From Macrostomum lignano (Eukaryota), in NCBI GenBank assembly GCA_002269645.1, contig NIVC01000994.1, forward strand, positions 62,001 through 126,000: DNA of 64,000 nucleotides. Direction: 5' to 3'. Under the pieces are notes generated by a model that saw nothing but the letters and a program-made list of their open reading frames with translations, did not search any database and was not told the DNA's origin. Numbering within the stretch: position 1 is the first letter of the stretch; each line of letters starts with the position of its first letter. Shown piece by piece: positions 13,991-24,809 of this stretch. Both the position numbers and the translations under genes were made by a program.

Positions 13991-14414
13991 ACTCTAGAAG
14001 GGAGACTCGAGGGTTAAGCGAGAGTCTAAACGGCGAGAAAGGAGAGTCCATTTAGGTTAGACAGATAACGCGGTAGTAAAGTTTCCCTGTACTTCCATTA
14101 ATTATCTCACATTTCATCAGTTTAGACTTGACAACTTCACTAACAAAGCTACTATCTAGATATAGAACAACCGTTTGGTCTTTTCTTAGTCCACAAGGAA
14201 GTCCAAGCGCTTTCCTAGCTTAGCATAAACACAGCGATGGTCAATACAATACTGCCAAAAAACGGCACAAAAAACACTGCTGACATCAGAGATCTTGGTC
14301 TGATAAGCCCGAACATAACTATTTGTACAGTTAGCACTGAATTTCACCTTTTGTGGCTTGGTAGAAATTAATTTTGACAGGCTGGCAGTCTTTGTTCTAA
14401 TATGCTGCGTATAG

Positions 14415-14860
14415 CAGGGGTTGGCAAATTCTTTTAAACGTAAACGCCAGATATAAAATCTAGCGCGTGACTGCAGGTCAGAGAGAGGAGAGAAGGATGA
14501 GGAGAGAGGGGAGATGATGGGAGAGAGGAGAGGGGAGATAAGTGGAGTGGAGAAGAGAGGAGAGAGGCGAGAGGAGAGTGAAGATTAGAGGAGGGAGGAG
14601 AGGGGAGAAACGAGAGAGGAGATGAGAAATTAGGGAGAGAGAAAAGAAGGGAGTGGAGGCTCGGAGAGGGGGATGACAGAGGAGAGAAGGGAGATGATGG
14701 GAGAGAGGAGAGAAGGGAGAGGAGAGAGGGGAGAGGAGGGGAGAGAGGAGAGGGAGAAAAGAATCTAGATAGATTTCTTCTCTCTTCTAGAACTGAGAAG
14801 AGACGCAAGTCTTGAGAGGGCCGGATTGCTATTGTGAAGTTTCACGGACCCGAGGGCCGG
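14415..14860 (-). mobile_element. hAT-type MITE, one end truncated
   Basis: Begins CAGGGGTTGGCAAATT; internal GA-rich tract; carries GGGCCGGATTGCTATTGTGAAGTTTCA, the reverse complement of the segment in the copies at 44210 and 63355. Confidence 0.7.
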
Positions 14861-15377
14861 GGTGTTCCGTTCCATGGTGCATAGGGAAGATTTTCAAACT
14901 GGGGTTTTGGATTTGAAATACGAAGCACTTTTAGCTGAAAAAAGATTGGGCTGAGTCATGCAGCCTCAATTCCGGGGTCTGGGCTGGCGCTCACTCTGGC
15001 TGGAAACCATCACCAACTACTCGTGCCCCCCCTTGACGATGTCAGACAAAACGGTGATTCACTGATATCCTGACAAGACTGATTTACTCGGCGTTTGCTG
15101 ATAGACCAGCGCAGCTTCCAATAGTTTGCTCTGGAAGTTAATTCAAAGAAAGGTATAGTCAGCAATAATTTCCTCTGAAAGAGACCAGCACCTGGGCACT
15201 GGACAGTCAACTTGCTGTTGGAGTAAGTTGGAGTAACAGAAGTCGATTAACTTCTATGATAATTCTGCTTTTTCTTGTCTCATGATCTGCTTTTTCACAC
15301 CTGCACACACAGGTTACTCTACTGATAGTAGGCGATTGCGCTCAGTTGCCATCAGCCAAAACACAAGCCGCAGTCGG

Positions 15378-16280
15378 ATGCCTCCAGCTGCACCAACTTT
15401 GGCCACGGCAGCGGTTGTGGCAGCCGTAGTCTTTGCTTCATCAGTTGCTCAATCGCCGCCGACAAATTCGCCGTTGACAATCCGCCGACTGCCGCAGTGC
15501 CTGGTGATCGGCGCCAGAAAGTGCGGCACCAGGGCGCTGCTCGACTTCTTGTCGCTGCACCCGCTGGTGCGGACCGCCCGCGGCGAGGTGCACTACTTTG
15601 ACAGGTGGGACTACCGCCAGCTGGGCCTGGCCTGGTACCGCAGGCGCATGCCGCCTAGCCGGTCAGATCAGGTGACTCTAGAAAAGTCCCCGGCCTACTT
15701 TGTGACCCCGTCGGCACCAAGTCGGATTCGCCGGGTCCGGCGCGACATGCGGCTGCTACTGGTGCTGCGGGACCCGGTGCGCAGGGTCATCAGCGACTAT
15801 GCGCAGCGGCTGCACCGGCGGGCCAGTCAGGGCCGGCCGCCGGTGTCGCTGGAGTCGCTGGTGTTCCGACGCGGCGACGGAAGTAGACGGATCGATCCGC
15901 GATCACCGCTAGTGGCCACCTCAGTGTATCACCGGCATCTGGCCCGCTGGCTGGCGGAGTTCCCGCGTCACCAGCTGCATATCGTTGACGGCGACCGGCT
16001 GGTCGAGAAGCCGTTCGAAGAGCTTCGACTGGCTGAACAATTTCTCGGTCTGCCGAGCCGCTTCCGGCCGGAGCAGTTTGTCTACAATGCCAGCAAGGGC
16101 TTCTACTGCGCCAGATGGACCGACAACTCCGTGCCGCGCTGCCTCGGCCCCGGAAAAGGTCGTCGACATCCGCCGGTGTCGCCGGAGACGCTCGACCGGC
16201 TTAGGGCCTACTTTGATCGCCAAGAGGCCAAGCTGGCAGAACTGCTCCCAGGGCGCAGATTCGCCTGGATGAAGCTGTAG
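15378..16280 (+). CDS. HS3ST: Heparan sulfate glucosamine 3-O-sulfotransferase (HS3ST1/HS3ST5-like), ~300 aa
   Basis: LPQCLVIGARKCGTRALL (5'-PSB), EVHYFD, EKSPAYF, RDPVRRVISDY (3'-PB), KGFYC...CLGPGKGRRHP; N-terminal hydrophobic segment. A possible acceptor near 15311 means an upstream exon cannot be excluded. Confidence 0.93.
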   Translation: MPPAAPTLATAAVVAAVVFASSVAQSPPTNSPLTIRRLPQCLVIGARKCGTRALLDFLSLHPLVRTARGEVHYFDRWDYRQLGLAWYRRRMPPSRSDQVTLEKSPAYFVTPSAPSRIRRVRRDMRLLLVLRDPVRRVISDYAQRLHRRASQGRPPVSLESLVFRRGDGSRRIDPRSPLVATSVYHRHLARWLAEFPRHQLHIVDGDRLVEKPFEELRLAEQFLGLPSRFRPEQFVYNASKGFYCARWTDNSVPRCLGPGKGRRHPPVSPETLDRLRAYFDRQEAKLAELLPGRRFAWMKL

Positions 16281-18141
16281 AATAGAAAGCTATTTTAGTA
16301 TAGCTACTCCCAACTGCTGGCATAAGCTAACGACTGCAACAGACTCTACGCAAGGACCACTAGAAGTAACCGTTGTATCAGGACGTAGCGCGCTCAGGTA
16401 TTGAAAAATTATTGAAAGGCCTCTGTCCAACTGAAGCTAAAATTACCAACAGGCGGACAGTAAAGGTTTAAACGGTCGTAATAAAAAGTTGGAAGAGAGA
16501 GAGAGGGAGAAGAGATGTTAAACCGAGGCGAGAGCCAGGCTATATTTAGAAATAATAAAACTTGTCCTCTTTATGCGCCACGCGCATGGAGAGGCCTAAA
16601 TTATCGATCGGTGAACTATTTGCAACTGAGTACACACACACAACCAAGCACAAAATAACACGGCCCACTTGGGGCCACATACACAAAAATTTACACAGAG
16701 GAAATAGGAAATGATAGGATTTTTGTCAGTTCATATGCATAAATCTGACAGCCCTAGCTTGTTTACATTGCAGCTAAACTTTCAATGCTCGTAACTCCCG
16801 ATCGGTTAAACTGATAATTTAGTTTTGTTTTCTAAAATAGCATAGCAATACCCTGCACGGCTACGGCCCCATGATGCCTCGACAAGTGGAGGCACTTGAG
16901 CATCCTCGTGGTTTCTTCTTCACAGGCGTTTAACTTCTGAGTATATTTTAATCTGTTTAACTTTAACTTCATCAGTTATTAGCACAGTGCTGCAATACAT
17001 CTTTCGCAATAATGAAGTACTTGTGTCCAGTGTATATTTGATTGTACATGCAGAGCTTAACCTGAGAAATTCATACGACCATTCTCTCAATAAACAGCCG
17101 CGCCTGAGTTTCAAACCAAATCTATTATTAATATTTGGCTAGTCTGCCTGTTTCACCTAAGACAGTCAGTCACTAAGTTTCATAAAAAACATTTTGAGTC
17201 CACGGCATTTGACTTGCCAACCATAACCTTAACCCTAACCTAAACTGTAATTTTTCTAATAGCTAGTTTTCACAAGCTGGAAATGTATTTTTTCGAATTC
17301 AATTTCAGTTACATGTAGTTTGCGATTGAAGAATCACTTAAAGTAGTTTCTGAAAGGCATCCTTTCTTATTTCCAAGCTACCAAGCGCAACTTCCACTAA
17401 TCGAGGCATTGAAGCTTAAACTGGCTCCTCCATCCCGTACTTTGTGTCCTAAAATTCAATGCACTCACACCCCCTCTCACCCCCGGATGCTCTGGAACTC
17501 AACAACTGAGTCTTTTTTATAACTCCATAAGCAAAACAGCAGTGAATAGAGCTACTCCAAAAATGGGTAGATGCTGATGCAGCCTTATACTAAACGCGTG
17601 CAGACAACTGCAGACCGCATGCGAACATCATCTGCTGCCAGTACGGAGGGGGGGGGGTAAGGGAAGAAGTGGAAAGGAAAGACAGACAGACACTGTTGCT
17701 GCAGCTGCAACCCGCAACCACCTGCTCTGAATTCCACTGCCTCAACGCTGTCTCTACATGTCAATGGCACCCAACGCTACTCATTCAGCCAATCAGCATG
17801 GGGGATAGGAGTTGAGACCACTTCCTCAGCTAGCCCGTTGTCCTAGCCGTCGACCTCACACCCTACACTGTGCGCCCAACCAATCTGCCGTCGCCACGAC
17901 TGGCTTTGCTCTGAAAACGGCTTCACAATCCCTTCCCCTATCCCAGTCTGTATTCTCTTCCAGAGCTTCTATTCACATGAAGCAAATACGTTTCTGCTTC
18001 CTTCATCCCTCTTCTCCTCCCTCACCATCCATTCAACCAGACAGTATAGCGAGTAGGCCATATAAATTCAGCTAAAATAGACTCGAACAGACCGAAATAC
18101 GTGGTTCTGTGTTTCAAAAAGACAGAAGAAAATCGACAATA

Positions 18142-19134
18142 ATGTCGGCCGGCGAAAACCCTAAGAAGCAGACTGACATTGTGCGAACAGCTGCTGTTGC
18201 TTCAAAAGCTGAGTGCAAACTATTCCAGCACAGGGACCGGGACTTCCAGATCTGGAACGAGGCTGATCAAGAGAAGCCCGGCATAGCGGAGGCAGTTGAT
18301 CAAGGCAAGGACAATGAGATACAGCTTGGTAATAGCGACAGTGCAGGCAACTGGCCGTGGTCATCGCAAAAAGTTACTAGCGGCAGTAGCGGCTGCTTTG
18401 AGCTGCCCCTGGTGATGCAGCGGCTCAATCCTGAAGCAAAAGACTTTCAGCCTACAAATCCGGAACCGACAGAAGAGCGGCAGCACGGCTTGGTGTCTAA
18501 TCAGTTTGGCACATTCCTGCTGCCTCTGGCTAATTATTTAACACTTCTAGACGTGCGCCGGCCAAACCCGATGTGCAAAAATTGTCAGCAGAAGTCAGCG
18601 GAGGCTGCGACAGCAACCGCATCATCAGCAGTGGCCAACACCAGTACCGAGGCCGACAAGCCGGCTCCGAACCAAGGCGACAAAGTGGCTCGGATTCCCA
18701 TCTCCAAATCGCCGCGATTCTCCAAGCTTGCCAACCAAACTTCCTTGCAGCCAGCGGCGCAGCAGTCACCGCCGCCGCCATCTGTAACACCAACACAGTC
18801 GCAGACGCCTACAGCTAAGGCTAGCAGCTCGCCAATCGCTGTAGTTCGACCTCAGCCACCAACTTCTTCAACTAGGCTGCCGCTTGCCTACAGCAGCAAC
18901 TATCCGGCGCTGCAGGCGCCTGTACTCGCGCCTGGGCCAGCATTCGGGCCTGTGGCGGCCTGCTTTCCGCCCGTGGCTATGCTGGCTGTGCCGGCCAGAC
19001 CGCACGGAGTCTTAATGACTGCAGCGCCTGGCTTTCACCATCCGCAGGCGGCTCAGCTGCAGTGGGTGCAGCTGCAAGCGGGCCAGCCTCCGCTAGCGAT
19101 GCTGCACCCATTTGTTTGTCCCAGAACGCAGTGA
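18142..19134 (+). CDS. Intronless low-complexity protein with a PAM2 (PABP-interacting) motif, ~330 aa
   Basis: Uninterrupted non-repetitive ORF from ATG 18142; QRLNPEAKDFQP fits the PAM2 consensus; Pro/Ser/Ala/Gln-rich C-terminal half; AT-rich UTR downstream. Confidence 0.6.
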   Translation: MSAGENPKKQTDIVRTAAVASKAECKLFQHRDRDFQIWNEADQEKPGIAEAVDQGKDNEIQLGNSDSAGNWPWSSQKVTSGSSGCFELPLVMQRLNPEAKDFQPTNPEPTEERQHGLVSNQFGTFLLPLANYLTLLDVRRPNPMCKNCQQKSAEAATATASSAVANTSTEADKPAPNQGDKVARIPISKSPRFSKLANQTSLQPAAQQSPPPPSVTPTQSQTPTAKASSSPIAVVRPQPPTSSTRLPLAYSSNYPALQAPVLAPGPAFGPVAACFPPVAMLAVPARPHGVLMTAAPGFHHPQAAQLQWVQLQAGQPPLAMLHPFVCPRTQ

Positions 19135-20204
19135 GGACTTTGTCCTGACGTAACTACAAATTGTATGATCTGGTATTGTTTCTGTCTGATTTTTTACTGT
19201 TAAAAAGACAGTGAGGTCTTTCTTCGAATTTATGTTAAAATTAGTCTGCGGCGCCCTAAAAAATTAAACTCTTTTTTACCTAAAACTGTATAGTTGTGAT
19301 TTTTTAATCTAATAGGTTCTCACACTGCCATCATCAACTTAGCATTATTTTGCTATACATTTTGATTGTTAATAATATTGATGCTTTTTAACGTAGTCTC
19401 AAGATAACAATATGCACACTCTGCAACAGCGAATCCCAACTCTAACCCCACAATGTCCCTCCAATGAGTGCCCAAGAGAAAATGTGAGTAAGCAGGGTTT
19501 AGCTGCTGAGGATTATAATTCTAATTATTCCAAAATCTTATTCTTTTATAATAAAGCGTGTGCTTCTGACTCTGTTTATGTGTCTATCACGTGCTGTTTA
19601 TCTCTAAACATTTGACAACACAAACAAAATATTAGCGTGAATAACCAGCTTTTTCCAGTTTTAAAAGAAGATTCACTAATCCTTGTTTGTAGGATTTTAT
19701 TACAAGAATATGTCATATATATTTGTCAAATCATGGCTGGCAAATGCTAACATTCTTAGCATAAAAACTGTTTACTATTCACATAAATAATTAATAATTA
19801 TTAGTGACAATATTACGATTAGTTGAATTAAGAAAAACGAACAAGCACAACAAAAAATATGAAGCAAAACACGGTGCGGGTAACCATAATTTAACGCGAC
19901 TCATCAAATCATATTATAATAAATTGATTTCCGAACATAGAAATTTTTATTTAATAGTAAAATTCTACAGTAATTTCGAATAATTTAAGACTCTAAATAC
20001 GAGTATAGCTCATACAGTAGTAGTTCTAGCACAAAATGCAGCTGTTAAAATTATACGATTATATCATCCAACTTTACAGACAAAATGAGAGCAATTGCAT
20101 TTTCAATAGCTAATAATTGATAAAGCTTTTGAAAAATGCTAAGAGGGTTTCTACTTGTCCGTATAGTTTGGCTGTCGGAAACAATGGACCAAGATGAACA
20201 GACT

Positions 20205-21764
20205 TTATAATGCGGTGTGGTTGCCGCCACCCTTCTCTTGGGCCTTTATCATAGCCTGAATAGCCCTAGCTCTCATCTCCAGCTCCATAATCTTTAGCTG
20301 GCGTCGGGACATGCCATCCAACGACGGCTGCTGCCGAGGCGGCGGCTGCGGTGCCGGCTCGTCTTCAACGTCGGACAGGTCGACAACTTCGTTCAGGATG
20401 ACGCTGTCAGCCTCAGCTTCTGCTACGCTGAAATTCAACAGCTTCACTTCTGCGCCGATTACATCTTCTGACTCTTCGTTCGATACCGCAGCTTCTTCTG
20501 TCATTGAGTTCGGCTCCGCCTCAGCCTCCGCCTCAGCCTCAGCCTCCGCCTCAGCCTCCGTTTCTGATTCAACTGTCGCCTCGGAATCTGCTTCTGCCTG
20601 ACCTTTTACTGACCATTCTACTTCAGATTTGGAGTCTGCAGTTGCAAACTCGATTGCTTTAGTATCGTCATCAGCCTTATGGTCTGCCGCTACTTGAGCA
20701 GAGAGGGAAGCAGTGAATTTCGCCTCTGTCTGATCCTCAGTTGTTGTTGAATCTGCAGCGGCTATCGGCGTGCTGTTGTTAGAAGCAGCTACATTTGCTT
20801 CATCAACAACCGCTTTGGCATCCGAATCCGGTTTCTGCCCAGCGGCCAAAGATTCGTCAGTATCAGACGAGCTGATTGACGCGGCGCTGTCGCCGGCTAA
20901 AATCCGTCGAATCCGTTTGGCCGACATGCCCTGCAGTAGCGGCAGGCAGCGATCGCGAAGTTTCGTCAACGGCCAACGTCGAAACTCTTCTGGTACAAGA
21001 GCGCGAAGCTGCTGACCCCGAGTGGCGCTGAACATCTGGTGCAGCATCTCCGCCCGGTCGTCCAGGTAGTCAGCGATCGGTCGCAGGGGCGGACAGCCGG
21101 GTTCGGAATTGGCTGCATCAGCATCGGAATCACTGTTCTCATAATGGCAAGGAGCGTTGGAAACGGCGGCTACTGCTGAAGTGGCTGGAGAAGACGGCAC
21201 TGAGGAGGCTGATGATGCAGACGATGAAGCACTAGATGTTGAGACAGCGTATGAAGTTGCAAGGTTTTTAGGCGGCAATTCTTTTGAAGCTTTGCTCACT
21301 TTTGTATTCTTAGAGGCTTTCAATTTTGCCTTTTTGGCCTTCTTATCCTTTTTCTTCTTCTTTTTCACTGTCTCCGCTTCAACACTGGACTTCTTAAGCT
21401 TCTTATGTTTTCTTGAAGCGTTCGAGGAATCAGAGTGAGACGAGTCATCCTCCAGCTGATGACTTCTACTCACTTTGTGCTTTTTCTTGTCTTTCTTCTT
21501 CTTTTTCTGCTTATCTTGGACCGCTATGGTCTTTCGTTTAGCTTCAGACTTTTGCTTGTGATGATGCCGTGGCTTCTCTTTCTGCTTCGAGCTGCGCACC
21601 ACGGCATCTCTTGAAGATGCTGAGGATTTTGACGACTCGCGCTGCTTCCTGCTAGAGACAAGAGCTGCCGAGGAAGATTCTATTCGGGCCTGCTTCCGAC
21701 ACTTGAGCGAGGGCTCAGCTATTGAAGCTGTCGATGGACGCTTGCCGCTACTGAACTGGTTCAT
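20205..21764 (-). CDS. CAAP1: Caspase activity and apoptosis inhibitor 1 (CAAP1/C9orf82)-like, ~519 aa, single coding exon
   Basis: LRPIADYLDDRAEMLHQMF...LVPEEF...CLPLLQGMSAKRIRRILAG and C-terminal QLKIMELEMRARAIQAMIK match the two conserved CAAP1 blocks; Lys-rich N-terminus. First ATG at 21764; an in-frame acceptor AG lies at 21786-21787. Confidence 0.85.
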   Translation of the reverse strand: MNQFSSGKRPSTASIAEPSLKCRKQARIESSSAALVSSRKQRESSKSSASSRDAVVRSSKQKEKPRHHHKQKSEAKRKTIAVQDKQKKKKKDKKKHKVSRSHQLEDDSSHSDSSNASRKHKKLKKSSVEAETVKKKKKKDKKAKKAKLKASKNTKVSKASKELPPKNLATSYAVSTSSASSSASSASSVPSSPATSAVAAVSNAPCHYENSDSDADAANSEPGCPPLRPIADYLDDRAEMLHQMFSATRGQQLRALVPEEFRRWPLTKLRDRCLPLLQGMSAKRIRRILAGDSAASISSSDTDESLAAGQKPDSDAKAVVDEANVAASNNSTPIAAADSTTTEDQTEAKFTASLSAQVAADHKADDDTKAIEFATADSKSEVEWSVKGQAEADSEATVESETEAEAEAEAEAEAEAEPNSMTEEAAVSNEESEDVIGAEVKLLNFSVAEAEADSVILNEVVDLSDVEDEPAPQPPPRQQPSLDGMSRRQLKIMELEMRARAIQAMIKAQEKGGGNHTAL

Positions 21765-22069
21765 TGCGGCAGCCAAAACAATAATCTAGAATGCTACTGT
21801 AAGTAGCCTAATTCGGATAGTGATGTATACGAATTCTCTTGCGATTTTTTTCTACCATTGGCTGGCTGGAAGCCGCCTTGTTAGCTGAAATGATTTCGGT
21901 AAATTGTTGAACTGTGTCTGCAATGGAAAAATACGCGGATAGTCAGATATTGTATTCCGTAAAATCATGTTTTTATACTACTTGCAAAGTAGCTTATATA
22001 ACCGATCTTTCAGCTACTTAAACAATGCTACAGTAAAAAGTAACTGAATGGGTAGTTAAGGACCAATTA

Positions 22070-22800
22070 CTATGGGACGATTCTCATGGAGAAGTTAAGA
22101 GACGATTCTCATGGAGAAGTTAAGAGACGATTCTCATGGGGCAGTTAAGAGACGATTCTCACGGGGTAGTTAAGAGACGATTCTCATGGAGAAGTTAAGA
22201 GACGATTCTCATGGGGCAGTTAAGAGACGATTCTCATGGGGCAGTTAAGAGACGATTCTCACGGGGTAGTTAAGAGACGATTCTCATGGAGAAGTTAAGA
22301 GACGATTCTCATGGGGGCAGTTAAGAGATGATTCTCACGGAAAAGTTAAGAGACGATTCTCATGGAGAAGTTAAGAGATGATTCTCACGGAAAAGTTAAG
22401 AGACGATTCTCATGGGGTAGTTAAGAGGACGATTCTCATGGGGTAGTTAAGAGGACGAATCTCATGGGGTAGTTAAGAGGACGAATCTCATGGGGTAGTT
22501 AAGAGGACGAATCTCATGGGGTAGTTAAGAGGACGAATCTCATGGGGTAGTTAAGAGGACGAATCTCATGGGGTAGTTAAGAGGACGAATCTCATGGGGT
22601 AGTTAAGGGGACGAATCTCATGGGGTAGTTAAGGGGACGAATCTCATGGGGTAGTTAAGGGGACGATTCTCATGGGGTAGTTAAGGGGACGAATCTCATG
22701 GGGTAGTTAAGGGATGATTCTCATGAGGCAGTTAAGGGACGATTCTCATGGGGTAGTTAACGGGAGGATTCTCATGGGGTAGTTAAGTGATGATTCTCAT
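22070..22800. repeat. ~22-bp satellite (GCAGTTAAGAGACGATTCTCATGGG)n, block 1
   Basis: Tandem units; same family as 24810-27135 and 35060-35620. Confidence 0.95.
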
Positions 22801-23068
22801 GGGGCGTCAGATTATCAAAAAGAAAAAAAATAAATATTTCAGATTGATTTAACAATTCATAAGTTTCAACTTTTAACAATTTTGTAAAAATATTTATTTA
22901 CAAGTCATTTAAATATGGTACAAAAAGTGGACGGAATGCACAGGAAAATCCTGTTAAATATCAGGCAGTAAAATCTGTCCAGCGTCAGGCCAGGTGGGTG
23001 AGGACTGACACGCACTAAAGCACAATAGATGGATCGAAAGACAGCCATCAACAGAGCTGTTGCTTATC

Positions 23069-23840
23069 TCAGTCCTGACGTTGGAACAGCACCCGCTGCA
23101 GGTATTCGGCCTGACGCTGCTCCAGCTCCGCCTCCTGCTGCTGCGCTCGAGCTGCGGCCAACTCAGCCGCTAGGCGTCCGGCCGACCGACCGCGCTCGTC
23201 CAATCGGCGAGCCTGCTGCTCGCATTTGGCCAGCGCTGTTGCTAGGGACGCCTCCGCGTTGGCAAGCCGACTCTCGGCGGTTGTCAAGCTGGTCTCCAGG
23301 CGCTTGACTGAACGGCGTTCAGCGGCTAAGCGGCGTTCAAGAAGGCTGCACCGGGCCTGAATATCGGTATGGGGATCAATGAGTGCCTGAATATGGGATT
23401 AATGAGTGCCTGAATATGGGATCAATGAGTGACTGAATATGGGATCAATGAGTGACTGAATATGGGATCAATGAGTGACTGAATATGGGATCAATGAGTG
23501 CCGGAATATGGGATCAATGAGTGCCGGAATATGGGATCAATGAGTGCCGGAATATGGGATCAATGAGTGCCTGAATATTGGTAGACTGTCGCCCTACCCT
23601 TGGTGCGAACTCACTAACCTGAGCTTCGTTAGCCGCCGTCTCAGCTTCCAAGCGGCAGCGCCGCTCCTCGGCCAACTCCATTTCGGCCAGGGCCAGCCGT
23701 TCGGACACGGTCAGCGGCCGAGCCGATGCCAGCTGCTGCTGCTGCTGCTGCGAGGTGGCGGCCCCGACTGTATCTGTTGCTGAGCCGCCGCCTAACGATG
23801 AGGCGGCCTCTGTATCGAGAGACGCCAGGGCTGCGGCTGA
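23069..23840 (-). CDS. Coiled-coil protein, 2 coding exons (~170 aa), tentatively SPATA24-like; start codon not evident
   Basis: Exons 23840-23619 and 23356-23069 join in phase 0 with GT-AG (...ANEAQ|ARCSLLERRL...). Heptad-rich. LEQRQAEYLQRVLFQR resembles my recollection of the SPATA24 C-terminus. Strong acceptor TTTGTTTCCCTCAG precedes 23840. Confidence 0.6.
23370..23580. repeat. 23-bp intronic repeat (GAATATGGGATCAATGAGTGCCT)n
   Basis: Tandem units in the intron of the coiled-coil gene. Confidence 0.9.
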
Positions 23841-23934
23841 CTGAGGGAAACAAAATACCAAATAATCAGTGCATTACAAATGGACTGGCTACAGTATAAA
23901 CTTGTTTTTTACAGACAAATCGGACGCATGGAAT

Positions 23935-24630
23935 TGGGATGATACTGGGGCTAGATGGAGCTTCACCTGAGGATACTGGGGGCTAGATGGAGCTCCAGCT
24001 GAGGATACTGGAGGCTAGATGGAGCTCCAGCTGAGGATATTGGGGCTAGATGGAGCTCCAGCTGAGGATACTGGGGGCTAGATGGAGCTCCAGCTGAGGA
24101 TATTGGGGCTAGATGGAGCTCCAGCTGAGGATAGATGGAGCTTCAGCTGAGGATATTGGGGCTAGATGGAGCTCCAGCTGAGGATAGATGGAGCTTCAGC
24201 TGAGGATACTGGGGGCTAGATGGAGCTCCAGCTGGGGCTAGATGGAGCTTCAGCTGAGGATACTGGGGGCTAGATGGAGCTCCAGCTGAGGATACTGGAG
24301 GCTAGATGGAGCTCCAGCTGAGGATATTGGGGCTAGATGGAGCTCCAGCTGAGGATACTGGGGGCTAGATGGAGCTCCAGCTGAGGATATTGGGGCTAGA
24401 TGGAGCTCCAGCTGAGGATAGATGGAGCTTCAGCTGAGGATATTGGGGCTAGATGGAGCTCCAGCTGAGGATAGATGGAGCTTCAGCTGAGGATACTGGG
24501 GGCTAGATGGAGCTCCAGCTGGGGCTAGATGGAGCTTCAGCTGAGGATACTGGGGGCTAGATGGAGCTCCAGCTGAGGATAGATGGAGCTTCAGCTGAGG
24601 ATACTGGGGGCTAGATGGAGCTCCAGATGA
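23935..24630. repeat. ~31-32-bp minisatellite (CTGAGGATACTGGGGGCTAGATGGAGCTCCAG)n
   Basis: Tandem units with deletion variants. Confidence 0.9.
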
Positions 24631-24809
24631 GGATATAAAAGTACAAAATGCACACATAATAATAAACATTGTTAACGAGCATTTATTTGAATATTTATTC
24701 TTGAAAAGTACAGAGACAGAAAATACGAGAAGAGCAGGACGGAATTGGCAGAAATGTTTTAATGAAACAAGACAATATAATTTTTTATTTAAGAAATGCG
24801 CAGTTTTGA

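Noticed and set aside
17482-17640. Minus-strand exon bounded by a strong acceptor and a GTGAG donor
   Set aside because: All three frames are closed and no partner exon was found; it may be non-coding but is unsupported.
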